Assembly (NCBI GenBank): GCA_034439715.1 | Contig: JAWXAY010000029.1 | Coordinates: 147,435-211,434, forward strand | Direction: 5' to 3' | Length of the DNA stretch: 64,000 nt | Source: Pseudomonadota bacterium | GTDB taxonomy: Bacteria; Bdellovibrionota; Bdellovibrionia; Bdellovibrionales; SG-bin7 | Part shown: positions 49,353-59,070 of the stretch, piece after piece | How the letters are laid out: each line of letters opens with the position of its first letter | Position numbering within the stretch: the first letter of the stretch is position 1 | Notes under the pieces: generated by a model | The model's input: only the letters and a program-made list of their open reading frames with translations | Told to the model about the DNA's origin: nothing | Database searches by the model: none | Translations under genes and position numbers: made by a program

Positions 49353-51173
49353 ATGAGATATGATTTAGATTTTATTGAGCGGGTTCGCCAAGCGCATAAT
49401 ATTGTCGATTTGATCACGAATTATTCAGTGCTCAAGCGCACGGGTTCCCAATATATGGGCCTATGTCCTTTTCCCAGTCATCGGGAAAAAACGCCGAGCT
49501 TTAGCGTTTCTGAGGACAGACAAATCTACCATTGTTTTGGTTGCGGCAAAGGTGGAAACATTTTTATTTTTCTACAAGAGTACCAAGGCATGTCTTTTCC
49601 AGAGACTGTAGAGCATTTAGCTCAAAAAGCGGGAATTTCTATCCCTCAAAATCCGTTAGACAAAGAAAGCAATAAGAATTTTGAATCCAAAAATGATATT
49701 CTCAAGCTCAACAGTTATGCGGGGGAGCTCTACAAATCTGAACTTCAAAAACTATCACTTGATTCATTGCCAAAAAAATATTTGAAGGAGCGAGGAATCA
49801 CTCCTGAGATTATCGCAGAACTCGGCCTAGGCTGGGCACCTGACTCTTGGAACTTTTTAACCAATAAGTTAGCTGAAAAAAAGGTCGACAATAGCGCAGC
49901 AGAAGGTGCCGGCCTCATTCGTTCAAAAGAGAGTACCAAAGAAAATAACAGAGAGACTCGCCACTACGACTACTTTCGTAACCGCATTTTGTTTCCGATT
50001 TTTAACGCCTCGAACGAAGTTTTGGGATTTGGCGGTCGCACAATTGGCAGCGATAATCCTAAATATCTGAATAGTCCAGACACTTCCGCTTTTACTAAGG
50101 GCCGAGTCCTTTATGGGCTTAACTGGTCAAGCAAATATATTCGTGTTGAGAATCAGATAATAATTGTTGAAGGCTATATGGACTTCTTAGCGCTCTATCA
50201 GGCTGGAATAAAAAATGTGGCAGCAGTGTTAGGTACGGCGTTGACGCGTGATCATTGCAAACTGATTGCCCGCTCCACTCAAAATGTGGTCATATTATTT
50301 GACGGCGATGAGGCAGGACTTCGTGCTGCCGAGCGCAGTCTTCCGATTTTGTTGGCAGCAAACCTGCTCCCGAAGTGTGGATTTTTGCCAAACAAGCTAG
50401 ACCCAGATGATTACATCCGAAAGTTTGGCGTGGAAGATCTAAAAAATAAATTAGCTAATTCCGAAGAAATGTTCGTGGCTCTTTTGTCGTTGTGGATGAA
50501 AGGTTATGGGGGCAAAAGCTACGACAAAATTCAGCTGATTCAGAAAGTCTCACCGATATTTTCTGCAATAGAAAACCCCTCTTTGAGAGAACTTTACTTA
50601 AAAGAAATAGAGTTTAGACTTCAAGTTGACCGCACATGGCTATTAAATGCCCTAGGCAAAGAGAGAGTTTTGGGCCCCCCTAATACGCCTGGTCAAAAAA
50701 CTCTAGCGTCAGAAAAAAGTAATAATACAGTTGGCACTACAATTGCTATAGATAAGTTACCTCGAGCCGAAATCGATCTCCTCTCGCTAATTCTTAAAGA
50801 TAAAAACCACTTTGAAAAACTCAAAGCCCACGAAGTCATGCAAGAAGCGAGTTTGGATTTTCGACGGGTTTTGGACGTTTTGTCTGCCCATCTGACAGAA
50901 TATCCACAAGATTTTAATAACTTAGCTGGAGTATTGAGTTCTTTAGTAACTCCGCCCAGTATTGTCACAAAATACTTAAATTCGGCCCTTTCGATCACTA
51001 ATGCAAAAATGGAGCAAAAACTTTTTGAAGACTGCATAGGTTGGATACGTCATCAGAAATACAAAGAAAAATCGCAAAATCTGATGCAAAAAATGAGGGC
51101 AACATCGTCAAATGAAGACATGGAACAATTTATGAATATTAATAAAAAGAGACATGGAATTTTGAACACTTAA
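49353..51173 (+). CDS. dnaG: DNA primase
   Basis: CPF..H.EKTPSF...HCFGC zinc finger; KYLNSP, VEGYMD and FDGD motifs. Confidence 0.97.
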   Translation: MRYDLDFIERVRQAHNIVDLITNYSVLKRTGSQYMGLCPFPSHREKTPSFSVSEDRQIYHCFGCGKGGNIFIFLQEYQGMSFPETVEHLAQKAGISIPQNPLDKESNKNFESKNDILKLNSYAGELYKSELQKLSLDSLPKKYLKERGITPEIIAELGLGWAPDSWNFLTNKLAEKKVDNSAAEGAGLIRSKESTKENNRETRHYDYFRNRILFPIFNASNEVLGFGGRTIGSDNPKYLNSPDTSAFTKGRVLYGLNWSSKYIRVENQIIIVEGYMDFLALYQAGIKNVAAVLGTALTRDHCKLIARSTQNVVILFDGDEAGLRAAERSLPILLAANLLPKCGFLPNKLDPDDYIRKFGVEDLKNKLANSEEMFVALLSLWMKGYGGKSYDKIQLIQKVSPIFSAIENPSLRELYLKEIEFRLQVDRTWLLNALGKERVLGPPNTPGQKTLASEKSNNTVGTTIAIDKLPRAEIDLLSLILKDKNHFEKLKAHEVMQEASLDFRRVLDVLSAHLTEYPQDFNNLAGVLSSLVTPPSIVTKYLNSALSITNAKMEQKLFEDCIGWIRHQKYKEKSQNLMQKMRATSSNEDMEQFMNINKKRHGILNT

Positions 51174-51212
51174 GCACTATAATTTCATGTTTTCGAATAA
51201 AAAGGTTGGGCA

Positions 51213-53051
51213 ATGGATAAAAAGACCTCTGGCAAAGAAAAAGAGATTAAAACTCTGTCGTTAGCAGAACAGGAAGCTCTCGTAAAAGAAGAGCTTAAAA
51301 TCTTCATTCAGAAGGCCAAAGACAAGGGCTTTCTGACCATTGACGAGATTAACGACCTCTTACCGCCTGAAGTTACTGCTACTTCTGTACTTGATACCCT
51401 TATGCAAGGGCTTGAATTAAACAGCGTTAAAATAGTTGGCCCGCCAGAAACAGGAAAAACCTCCGATGGAGAGTCTGAGGTTCTAGCTGAGATGTCAGGA
51501 AGCCCAGACAAAGAAGAAGAGGAAGAAGAGGAAGAAGAAGGCGAAGTCAAAGAAGACGTTAAGAGTAACGATCCGGTTAGACTATATCTTAAAAAAATGG
51601 GTAGTGTGTCGCTTCTTACCCGTGAAGGCGAAGTTGAGATCGCGCAAAGAATTGAACAAGGTGAACGCGAAATCGTTCGCGCGATGTTGTGTTCTCCCCT
51701 TGGCACGCACGAAATTATTCAATTAGGAAAACTTCTTGATGCTGGTCGTATTAAAGTTAAATCTATTTTTCGCGGCCTAGAAGATGAAGAAACTCAATAT
51801 GACGAACAAGAATACATCGAAAAAATTCATGACCTTATCGGCGAAGTAACTCAATATCAGAAAAAAGTAGAAAAGGCGTTTACCGTGCTTCGCAACGAAA
51901 ACGTAAACCCTAAGGACGCTGAAGTTGCGATGGCTGAGGTGGTAAAACACAACGAAAAACTGATGAGTCAGTTTGAATCCATCAATTTTAATCGTAAAAC
52001 CATTAATCGCATTGTTATTAAATTTAAAAATCTTGTGAACCGAATGGCTACTCTTCGTCGAAGAATAAAAGAAGGCATAGAGAAAACCTTCTCAAAGGAT
52101 CTCGATACTTTGGCGACTCGTTATCAGGTTGTTTCATCAAACGATAAAGAGTTAACAAAAATGTCGCTTGAGACGGGCATTAATTTTAATCGTTTTAAGT
52201 CCTACTTCTATTCGGCTACAGATGGTGACCGCCGCTTAAAACGATTGGAACAAGAAACCCAAATGAGTTTTATTTGGATTCGTGACACCAACACCGCAAT
52301 TTGGAAAGGCGAGCGCGAGGCAGATCGTGCAAAATCAGAACTCGTTGAAGCCAATCTTCGACTTGTGGTTTCTATCGCCAAAAAATATACAAATCGCGGA
52401 CTGCAGTTCTTGGATTTAATTCAAGAAGGTAATATCGGACTAATGAAAGCCGTAGATAAATTTGAGTACCGTCGTGGATATAAATTTTCAACTTACGCCA
52501 CTTGGTGGATCAGACAAGCCATTACACGTGCTATAGCCGATCAAGCGCGAACTATTCGCGTACCCGTACACATGATTGAAACTATTAATAAGCTTATCCG
52601 AACATCCCGCTATCTAGTACAAGAACTAGGTCGCGAGCCTCAGCCCGAAGAAATCGCCGAAAAAATGGATATGCCAGTTGATAAGGTGAGAAAAGTTTTA
52701 AAAATTGCAAAAGAGCCAATTAGTCTTGAGACACCCGTAGGTGAAGAAGAAGATTCACACCTGGGGGATTTTATCGAAGATAAAATGGTAATTAGCCCTT
52801 CTGAGGCAATCGTAAATTTAAACTTGGCGGAACAAACACGTCGCGTGCTTTCAACTCTTACGCCTCGTGAAGAAAAAGTACTTCGTATGCGTTTTGGTAT
52901 CGGCGAAGAAAGTGATCACACTTTAGAAGAAGTGGGTCAGGATTTTAACGTAACTCGTGAGCGCATTCGTCAGATTGAAGCAAAAGCCTTGCGAAAACTA
53001 CGTCACCCCAGTCGCTCCAACAAATTAAAAGCGTTCATCGAAGGCGAATAA
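51213..53051 (+). CDS. rpoD: RNA polymerase sigma factor RpoD
   Basis: [32 protein letters not shown] and TRERIRQIE motifs. Confidence 0.98.
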   Translation: MDKKTSGKEKEIKTLSLAEQEALVKEELKIFIQKAKDKGFLTIDEINDLLPPEVTATSVLDTLMQGLELNSVKIVGPPETGKTSDGESEVLAEMSGSPDKEEEEEEEEEGEVKEDVKSNDPVRLYLKKMGSVSLLTREGEVEIAQRIEQGEREIVRAMLCSPLGTHEIIQLGKLLDAGRIKVKSIFRGLEDEETQYDEQEYIEKIHDLIGEVTQYQKKVEKAFTVLRNENVNPKDAEVAMAEVVKHNEKLMSQFESINFNRKTINRIVIKFKNLVNRMATLRRRIKEGIEKTFSKDLDTLATRYQVVSSNDKELTKMSLETGINFNRFKSYFYSATDGDRRLKRLEQETQMSFIWIRDTNTAIWKGEREADRAKSELVEANLRLVVSIAKKYTNRGLQFLDLIQEGNIGLMKAVDKFEYRRGYKFSTYATWWIRQAITRAIADQARTIRVPVHMIETINKLIRTSRYLVQELGREPQPEEIAEKMDMPVDKVRKVLKIAKEPISLETPVGEEEDSHLGDFIEDKMVISPSEAIVNLNLAEQTRRVLSTLTPREEKVLRMRFGIGEESDHTLEEVGQDFNVTRERIRQIEAKALRKLRHPSRSNKLKAFIEGE

Positions 53052-53068
53052 GAAAATGATTTCTAGGC

Positions 53069-53145
53069 GGGGGCTTAGCTTAGTTGGTTAAAGCATCCGG
53101 CTCATAACCGGAGGATCCAAGGTTCAAGTCCTTGAGCCCCTACCA
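53069..53145 (+). tRNA. tRNA with CAT anticodon, most likely tRNA-Ile2 (lysidine)
   Basis: Cloverleaf: GGGGGCT/AGCCCCT acceptor, TCCGG-CTCATAA-CCGGA anticodon arm, GGTTCAAGTCC T-arm, encoded CCA; located after rpoD. Confidence 0.92.
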
Positions 53146-53603
53146 AATTTCTCTATTGCTGATAATACAAAGTACAAAATATCGTGGGAAATTGAGCAAC
53201 AACTCTTTCTAACAAATATTTCACCCACATTACCATCATCAGTAGCAACAACCGTTAGTATCCAGTCAGCATTCCCTTTTTCCGTCAATTCATAGGTATG
53301 GTTTCCGTCTTGGTGATAGTAATCACCATTAGGTTCTCCCAAAATCGTAGGGATCTGGGTAATTGGTGTTCCAATAAGTTTTTTACTTTCAATCAGATTC
53401 ACGGCCATTGAGGCACGATCTTTTGCGGCACCAACTCTAAAAATATCCGCATTAAAGTTTTTTTGGGGCCATATCATCTTAGCCTCAAACAAAAAAAGCC
53501 TATTGTTATACCAATAGAAAACCAAAAATAATATGGAGAGAAGGACCAAACATGCCATCGCTTTTATTAGAACGAGCATTATCTTTTGAAATTTAATAGT
53601 CAC
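53124..53603 (-). CDS. Small membrane-anchored protein, putative immunity protein (SmpA/BamE-like)
   Basis: N-terminal TM; LIGTPITQIPTILGEP pattern; overlaps the upstream effector gene; stop codon lies within the tRNA. Confidence 0.55.
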   Translation of the reverse strand: MTIKFQKIMLVLIKAMACLVLLSILFLVFYWYNNRLFLFEAKMIWPQKNFNADIFRVGAAKDRASMAVNLIESKKLIGTPITQIPTILGEPNGDYYHQDGNHTYELTEKGNADWILTVVATDDGNVGEIFVRKSCCSISHDILYFVLSAIEKFGRGSRT

Positions 53604-54984
53604 TATTTTTTCTCCTTTCGAAATTTAGTATTTTTAATTTTCCATTCTTAATTTCAATGGCCGCAAGATCAAAAATTTCATAATCCGAAAATTTTCGAGT
53701 TTTTAATAAATCTTTAGATGATAGTATTCCTCGATCGTTATTGAACTGATCCATTTCCTTCTCCGCTATTGGTTGTCCCACGAGAGTCTCGTGGGCACCC
53801 AAGAATTTTCTTGCTTCATCTTCACCTAAATCTCGAGAAAGCATTGCTGCCCAGACAAAATGTCGAAAGGCGTCCGCTGGTCCATTCTTGGTCGAATCTG
53901 GAAACCTCTTTTCAGACTCTCTTTCGGCAGAAATCATATTGAAAAATGCTTTAAAAGCACTAGTTGGTTTTTGTTTAACGAGCTCCCGCTCACTTGGAGT
54001 CAAGGTCGGATACTGTGAACCCATGTTTCCCAAAATCTTTAGAGCCCATTCATCCAATACTTTTTGAAGTTCACCAAAATTGGGCAGAACTGAAGCAAGT
54101 AGTATAATTTGAACATCAGTGCGCATCGGCTGCATATAGTAATTAGCTAGGCTAATCGCCTCCGCCTGGTTTGACGGGTTGTAGAATGTAAGTATTTGAG
54201 AAGAAAAACCGTTACTTTTCGATGAAACGCTCAGGCCAGTTTCAGGAATCCTAGAGGCGAAAAAAAGCTTAGTTGGCGATTGACTCGATTTTCTTAGATC
54301 TATCAAAGAACGGATTTTCTGATAAGAATAATACTGTCCCTCGATAAATTCCAGTCCCTCTTTTAATTTGTTTGGGAGGACCTCATTTACAATGTTGTTT
54401 CTAACTTCTGATGAAATGCTAAATTTAACTGCAGAAGAGATATCATTAAGAATTTTTTTTTGTTTTTCAGGGTAATTTTCATAATACGTTTTATTGGATA
54501 AATTCCAGAAAAGCTCCTGAAAATCATCTTGGTTGCTCGTGTTCAATTTGGAATATAGCATTAGCGCTTCTTTTGAATAGGGCACGTTGGGGCTACCCAT
54601 TACCCACCTAAAAACTTCATTGGGCTCGGGAATTGCCTTGTCGTGGGACAAACAAAAGGAAACAACCTCTAATCGCATACTTGAACGAGGGGCCACGCTC
54701 ACCTTTCCTAGACGAAGATTGGCCCTTAAATCATCAAAGGCTTTCAAAAGTTCATAGAATTTTTTCTGATTTTCAAATCTTTTAAACGAGCCAAAGCCAT
54801 TTATTTGATTTTGCAAACTCTCAATTGAGTTAACATCTAATAGTAATTGATTTTTATCTAGAGAGGCCCTTTGGTCGAATAAAACTAGATCACCAATAAC
54901 GTGATTTTGTGCACAAGAAGACAAAATAAAAATAAGTAAATGGGAGCAAATAACTTTACTATTTATTTTTTTCATCCATCCCAT
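53593..54984 (-). CDS. Lipoprotein with C-terminal DUF6973/Wnt-like (lipocone) effector domain
   Basis: Lipobox ILSSC; DAFRHFVW...AHE...MDQFNNDRG; N-terminal FCL...QELFW. Confidence 0.65.
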   Translation of the reverse strand: MGWMKKINSKVICSHLLIFILSSCAQNHVIGDLVLFDQRASLDKNQLLLDVNSIESLQNQINGFGSFKRFENQKKFYELLKAFDDLRANLRLGKVSVAPRSSMRLEVVSFCLSHDKAIPEPNEVFRWVMGSPNVPYSKEALMLYSKLNTSNQDDFQELFWNLSNKTYYENYPEKQKKILNDISSAVKFSISSEVRNNIVNEVLPNKLKEGLEFIEGQYYSYQKIRSLIDLRKSSQSPTKLFFASRIPETGLSVSSKSNGFSSQILTFYNPSNQAEAISLANYYMQPMRTDVQIILLASVLPNFGELQKVLDEWALKILGNMGSQYPTLTPSERELVKQKPTSAFKAFFNMISAERESEKRFPDSTKNGPADAFRHFVWAAMLSRDLGEDEARKFLGAHETLVGQPIAEKEMDQFNNDRGILSSKDLLKTRKFSDYEIFDLAAIEIKNGKLKILNFERRKNSDY

Positions 54985-54986
54985 TT

Positions 54987-55853
54987 TTATTCTACCTGAA
55001 TTTTGTCAGTTATCTGGACAAAAAAATCTTTGCTCCACACTTCAATTTCAGACTCATCTCTGATAAAGGCACGGATATCTTTTTTAGCACCCTCAAAGTC
55101 TGTGCTGATAAAAAGATCTACCAGCGCGGTCTTAAGTTGTATTGTCGTTTGTAAATCGCCCGGTTTTGCATGCCCACTTTGAATGGCTTTTTCTCGTAGG
55201 TAATTCAATCTCACTGGTATTTTGTTCTTCAGATACCAAATAAAATCATAATAATCACGGCCCTTAATTCGATTTTTCCATTTGCGATATAACAGCGCAT
55301 GAAGCTTCCCCGCAAATAAGTCCGGTTTTTTTAAACTAATTATAGGAAAACTTGTAGGTACTAATAAGTACCGAGTTTCAAATTCGAAATTTGTAACTGG
55401 TTCTGTATCGACTTCGAATTTAATCTTTAACTTGGCATTCGATTGTGTTATCTGCGCAAATGATTTAAGTGCCTCAATTTTTAGGAAATGCATCTGCGTA
55501 TTCGCTTTAATAAACGCAGACTCAACATTAGACTCGTTTTTTTTGTCAATTGGTTCGATATGGATCTGAAACCCAAAGGACTCTAACTCTTTTTCTACCG
55601 CAGAAAAATAGGGCTTCAATGAAAAGTTGGTTTTTTTTTTGAACAGGGTGAAATCCAGATCCTCTGAATATCTCGGCAACTGGTATAGAATACGCAAGGC
55701 TGTGCCGCCATAAAAGGCCGCCTTTTCAAAAAAATTAGCTCGATGAAGCCCCAATAAGGCTATTTCTTGAATAATTTCTTTTAAAGCATTTTGGGCCTCA
55801 TCTACAGATTTAATTTTATATTGAGCTAACATTTCCCTTACGGCTTGGTTCAC
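54987..55853 (-). CDS. abiEii: AbiEii/AbiGii nucleotidyltransferase toxin (type IV TA)
   Basis: FYGGTALR..RYSEDLDF and KLHAL..R.KGRDYYD motifs. Confidence 0.92.
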   Translation of the reverse strand: MNQAVREMLAQYKIKSVDEAQNALKEIIQEIALLGLHRANFFEKAAFYGGTALRILYQLPRYSEDLDFTLFKKKTNFSLKPYFSAVEKELESFGFQIHIEPIDKKNESNVESAFIKANTQMHFLKIEALKSFAQITQSNAKLKIKFEVDTEPVTNFEFETRYLLVPTSFPIISLKKPDLFAGKLHALLYRKWKNRIKGRDYYDFIWYLKNKIPVRLNYLREKAIQSGHAKPGDLQTTIQLKTALVDLFISTDFEGAKKDIRAFIRDESEIEVWSKDFFVQITDKIQVE

Positions 55854-56497
55854 TTTGCCTCCAGCAGCTCTTCAATTAGCACGCGACCCCAGTGTCGATT
55901 TTTGTAAAGAGATTTCATTTCAGTTAATAGGTTAACGTTCATGTTTATCTTAAGAGCAGCAAGGTCCAATCGCAAGTCATCGTTCAATGCAATGGCAATA
56001 TCTTTTCTGCTTGGCTTTTGAGATTTTTTGAATCTAAGAGTGAAAATATCCATTAGTGCTTTTTCAGGTGTTGCCATCAAAAATGAGCGTCCATCGGAGG
56101 TTGTGCGAAGACATACCCCTATGGGATATAAAGTAGATGCCAGATGCTCATAGGTGAATCGTCCTATCTTTGTTTGAAATGTTTTATTCTTTTGAGTTGT
56201 AACACTTGTCACAGCCTCTACTCTTTCCGGAATAAGTTGAAAATAGGAAAGTGCGTATTCTAGAGAAATGTAAGAAGGACCATAGAGAAGGTTGGCGACA
56301 ATTTGTGGCGAGTACTCTCGACCCGTTACTTCAGGAGCTAATACATAGAAACCTTTTTTCAAGCGAGTTACATATCCTTTATTTTGCAGTTCTGCCAACT
56401 TTCTACGAGGATGAGTTTGCCCCTGCATCTGTGCCATCAACGCTTGGTAGTCCACTTCAGGTGAGAGCATTTTTAGATTTTTAAGGTCGGCCATCAT
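55850..56497 (-). CDS. abiEi: AbiEi antitoxin / transcriptional regulator
   Basis: RLKKGFY wHTH, SYISLEYALSY..LIPE and ATPEKALMD; 4-nt overlap with abiEii. Confidence 0.88.
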   Translation of the reverse strand: MMADLKNLKMLSPEVDYQALMAQMQGQTHPRRKLAELQNKGYVTRLKKGFYVLAPEVTGREYSPQIVANLLYGPSYISLEYALSYFQLIPERVEAVTSVTTQKNKTFQTKIGRFTYEHLASTLYPIGVCLRTTSDGRSFLMATPEKALMDIFTLRFKKSQKPSRKDIAIALNDDLRLDLAALKINMNVNLLTEMKSLYKNRHWGRVLIEELLEAK

Positions 56498-56527
56498 GGT
56501 AAGTAACTCTCTGTTAGTAATTTTGTG

Positions 56528-56620
56528 CCAATAGGTGACATTTACTGTAACATATTGGAGTAAATCACACAATTTTTAATAAATATAGACCAGTATGTTA
56601 CATTTATTGTAACATACTGG
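56528..56620. promoter_or_regulatory. Two palindromic operators upstream of abiEi
   Basis: CCAGTATGTTACA-N5-TGTAACATACTGG (56590-56620, perfect) and CCAATAGGTGACA-N5-TGTAACATATTGG (56528-56558). Confidence 0.8.
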
Positions 56621-56661
56621 GTCATTTTAAAGTGAACTGAGCTAGTGGGGGCCGACTCAAG

Positions 56662-56706
56662 CCGGAGGATCCAAGGTTCAAGTCCTTGAGCCCTTACCAA
56701 ATTCTC
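56662..56706 (+). repeat. Direct repeat of the tRNA 3' half (att site)
   Basis: Matches 53108-53153 with one substitution and one indel. Confidence 0.92.
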
Positions 56707-56727
56707 AGCTGGTCGAACTGACACGAC

Positions 56728-57057
56728 TCATGCGACACTTTTAAACGAAGTCATGATTTTACAGAGCGTATCTAGCGAAGGGTTACCGCCTTCGCCAATG
56801 GCTTCATAAACGACAGTTCGGCTCAGTCCTGTTCGCTTGCAGACTTCTAAAATATTATGTGCTCGTATGTAGCCTTCTAAAATTTCAACAAAGGCTTTTT
56901 TGTCACCGTCAATCAATGCTTCCGCGAGAGCTGCCTTTATTTCTTTATGATTCTTAAAAATTGCCGAAGGATCGTGGTGGGATAGGCGAACTCCATTAAT
57001 CACCATGGATTTTTTCGGCAATTTTTTGTGCGCGCCTGAAGGCTTTGTCTTGCCCAT
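56728..57057 (-). CDS. Addiction-module antidote protein (HI1420-like HTH)
   Basis: ALAEAL..GD...EVCKRTGLSRTVVY...GNPSLDTL pattern. Confidence 0.82.
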   Translation of the reverse strand: MGKTKPSGAHKKLPKKSMVINGVRLSHHDPSAIFKNHKEIKAALAEALIDGDKKAFVEILEGYIRAHNILEVCKRTGLSRTVVYEAIGEGGNPSLDTLCKIMTSFKSVA

Positions 57058-57214
57058 TTTTGTTTCCTCTTAAAATCAGTATTACTGTTTTTCCGTCAAT
57101 CATTTTTTCAGTACAATAAACGCGATTGCCATTGAGTTTTCTAATGTGCCCGTAACGGTCATGCTCTGACTCGTACCAAGTTGAATATTCGGCCGCTTTA
57201 AGAAACAAGACCAT
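56996..57214 (-). pseudogene. Internally deleted RelE/HI1419-like addiction toxin
   Basis: Keeps EY..W, NG.RVY and ILIL.GNK..Q.K...A but is only 72 aa and lacks the central helix and ELR strand. Confidence 0.6.
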
Positions 57215-57301
57215 TCCTATTTGTACGCTATTCCGAACAAAAATGCAAGTAAAAAATAGTGCAGCTGGCTGATTTGATTCATTTTGTTTCGATACACTCT
57301 A

Positions 57302-58047
57302 TCAAGGAGGCGAAAGGACATGAGGTGCAATCTTGGCTTTTTTGCCATGCCAAGCTGCATAGGTCGAAATCAATCCCGGCAATATGAATCCACCGTAACC
57401 AAACCTCAAGAATATCCAAGCTCCAACTGCTGATCCAATAATGAACGCAATGATCGAACCAAGTCTTAAATAGTTGGCTCTCAGTTCCGTATTAAGGTGA
57501 TTTCGTTTTAAATCGAAAGTAAATAATCGCGCTAATCCAAGCCCAAGATCCGTCGTGAGACCCGTTATATGGGTTGTTCTGACCGACCGACCAGAAGACG
57601 AAGTAATCGCCGCGTTTTGAAGACCGCTTGCTAAACATAGGAGGATCAATAAGACGTAGCTTTCCTTAAGCCCGATGGAATCTCCAAAGGTTCCAAAATG
57701 AAGAAGCTCCCTGCCACCAGTCGCAAAAAATAAGCACGTCGCACTTAGACCCATAACCCAATCGAAGTGAGGCTTACGACCTTGATAAATAGGTCTATCA
57801 ATAAGGAGACCCGCCACAAATGCGCCCAAGAGAAAAAATATCGGTACTGAGAGAATTCCAAAGGCTGCTTGAACTTGATTGTTTGTGAGATCCACTCCAA
57901 AGAGCGTGGAAAAACCCGTCACATGACTTACGAATCTTCCTGTCGCTAAGAATCCTCCGGCATTGATGGCCCTCCATTAAAACTGAGCATGAACCAATGA
58001 AGCACAACAGTGTTGCTGGCATTTTGATCGAAGCGATGGTTGAACAT
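57302..58047 (-). pseudogene. YoaK/DUF1275 family membrane protein with a frameshift
   Basis: MFNHRF...LSFNGG in one frame continues as AINAGGF..FVSHVTG..GLQNA..TTHITG.TTD in another; one base missing near 57970. Confidence 0.8.
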
Positions 58048-58251
58048 GACTCTCATCCCATCATGAAATACGTAAACTAACAACTTGTAACGGTTAAGTT
58101 TTATTTTGGTATGTGATTGCTGACAATCAATGTAGACGTTTTATTCACGCTCCTTTTTCATGCGAGCAGCAGCGTGAAGCTGAACCTGAAGCTCATGTGG
58201 AATTTGCTCGAATTTAAATTTTTCAGTCAACTCTATGCCGAGCTCGGAACT

Positions 58252-59070
58252 TTAGTTTGTCTCTGAAAAACGAAACCAATCAATATTCATACAGTAAAGA
58301 GTCTCAAGCCTTGAATCCTTGATTTGTTTTGTGACATCTTCAATAAGATTTAAAAGTTGAGTTCTAATTTTTAACGTCAAGTCCTGTGATAGGGACATGG
58401 GTAAAGTATAAAAAAGTTCGCTACCGGATTTTGGTCTTTCCATAGCATTAATGGACTTCAACCTCCAATTTGTATGGTGTTTGGCCACAAAAGGAGAATC
58501 CGCTGTTAGATGAGTAAACTGAGGACCCTCCTTAATACGACCATTTTTTGCAACACATAAGTCGTTGGCGAGCAAAAACTCTATGACTTGCGCCACCTTT
58601 GCCCTATCTACATTTATGGTTTTGGCGATGTCATCTACGGAATCGTTTTGCACCAAGCTACTAGCTAGTCTTGCTCCGCTATAATACCAGGCCGAATAAA
58701 ATATGGCCTTTGCTTCTGCGGAAATTTCAATATTCTTAGGAACGCGATTTTCTAATTTTTGTGACTGCTCCGTCAGTTTGTTGAGGCGGGCCTTTACTAA
58801 TGTTCGCAGGCTTTCGTTACCGGCGCGACTCCATTCAACTAAAGAAATAAAATATTCGCTTTCGAGACTCGAAAACGAGAAAAAGTGGGTGAGTCCTGCG
58901 GCTTGCTCTAACGACAGATCTCGGTCTCCATTAAATACTTGAGTAATCACCACGGGATGAATCCCTAAGTGCAGGGCCATTCTGCGGAACTGCCCGCGGC
59001 CTTTCTTAGGCATTTTTTTTATGAATGTTCGTATAAAATCTTTATAATTTTTGGCTTCAAATATATTCAT
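58252..59070 (-). CDS. TIGR02147/DUF4423 family HTH protein
   Basis: NYKDF...MALHLGI..ITQVFNGDRDLS, FYSAWYY, HHTNWR and LYCMNIDWF motifs. Confidence 0.85.
   Translation of the reverse strand: MNIFEAKNYKDFIRTFIKKMPKKGRGQFRRMALHLGIHPVVITQVFNGDRDLSLEQAAGLTHFFSFSSLESEYFISLVEWSRAGNESLRTLVKARLNKLTEQSQKLENRVPKNIEISAEAKAIFYSAWYYSGARLASSLVQNDSVDDIAKTINVDRAKVAQVIEFLLANDLCVAKNGRIKEGPQFTHLTADSPFVAKHHTNWRLKSINAMERPKSGSELFYTLPMSLSQDLTLKIRTQLLNLIEDVTKQIKDSRLETLYCMNIDWFRFSETN

Larger units (their letters stand above)
53108..56706. mobile_element. Small genomic island integrated at the tRNA 3' end (no integrase inside)
   Basis: Flanked by a ~45-bp direct repeat of the tRNA 3' half; cargo on the opposite strand includes a type IV TA pair. 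Confidence 0.8.

Noticed and set aside
53069..53145. tRNA-Met (initiator or elongator)
   Set aside because: No initiator GGG/CCC anticodon stem; the GGCTCATAACC arm and position after rpoD favour Ile2, though elongator Met is not strictly excluded
56498..56724. Extended abiEi start and the 56542-56724 ORF
   Set aside because: These translate operator palindromes and the tRNA repeat
58080..58200. Two tiny minus-strand ORFs (12 and 15 aa) between yoaK and DUF4423
   Set aside because: Too short and featureless to support; possibly gene remnants
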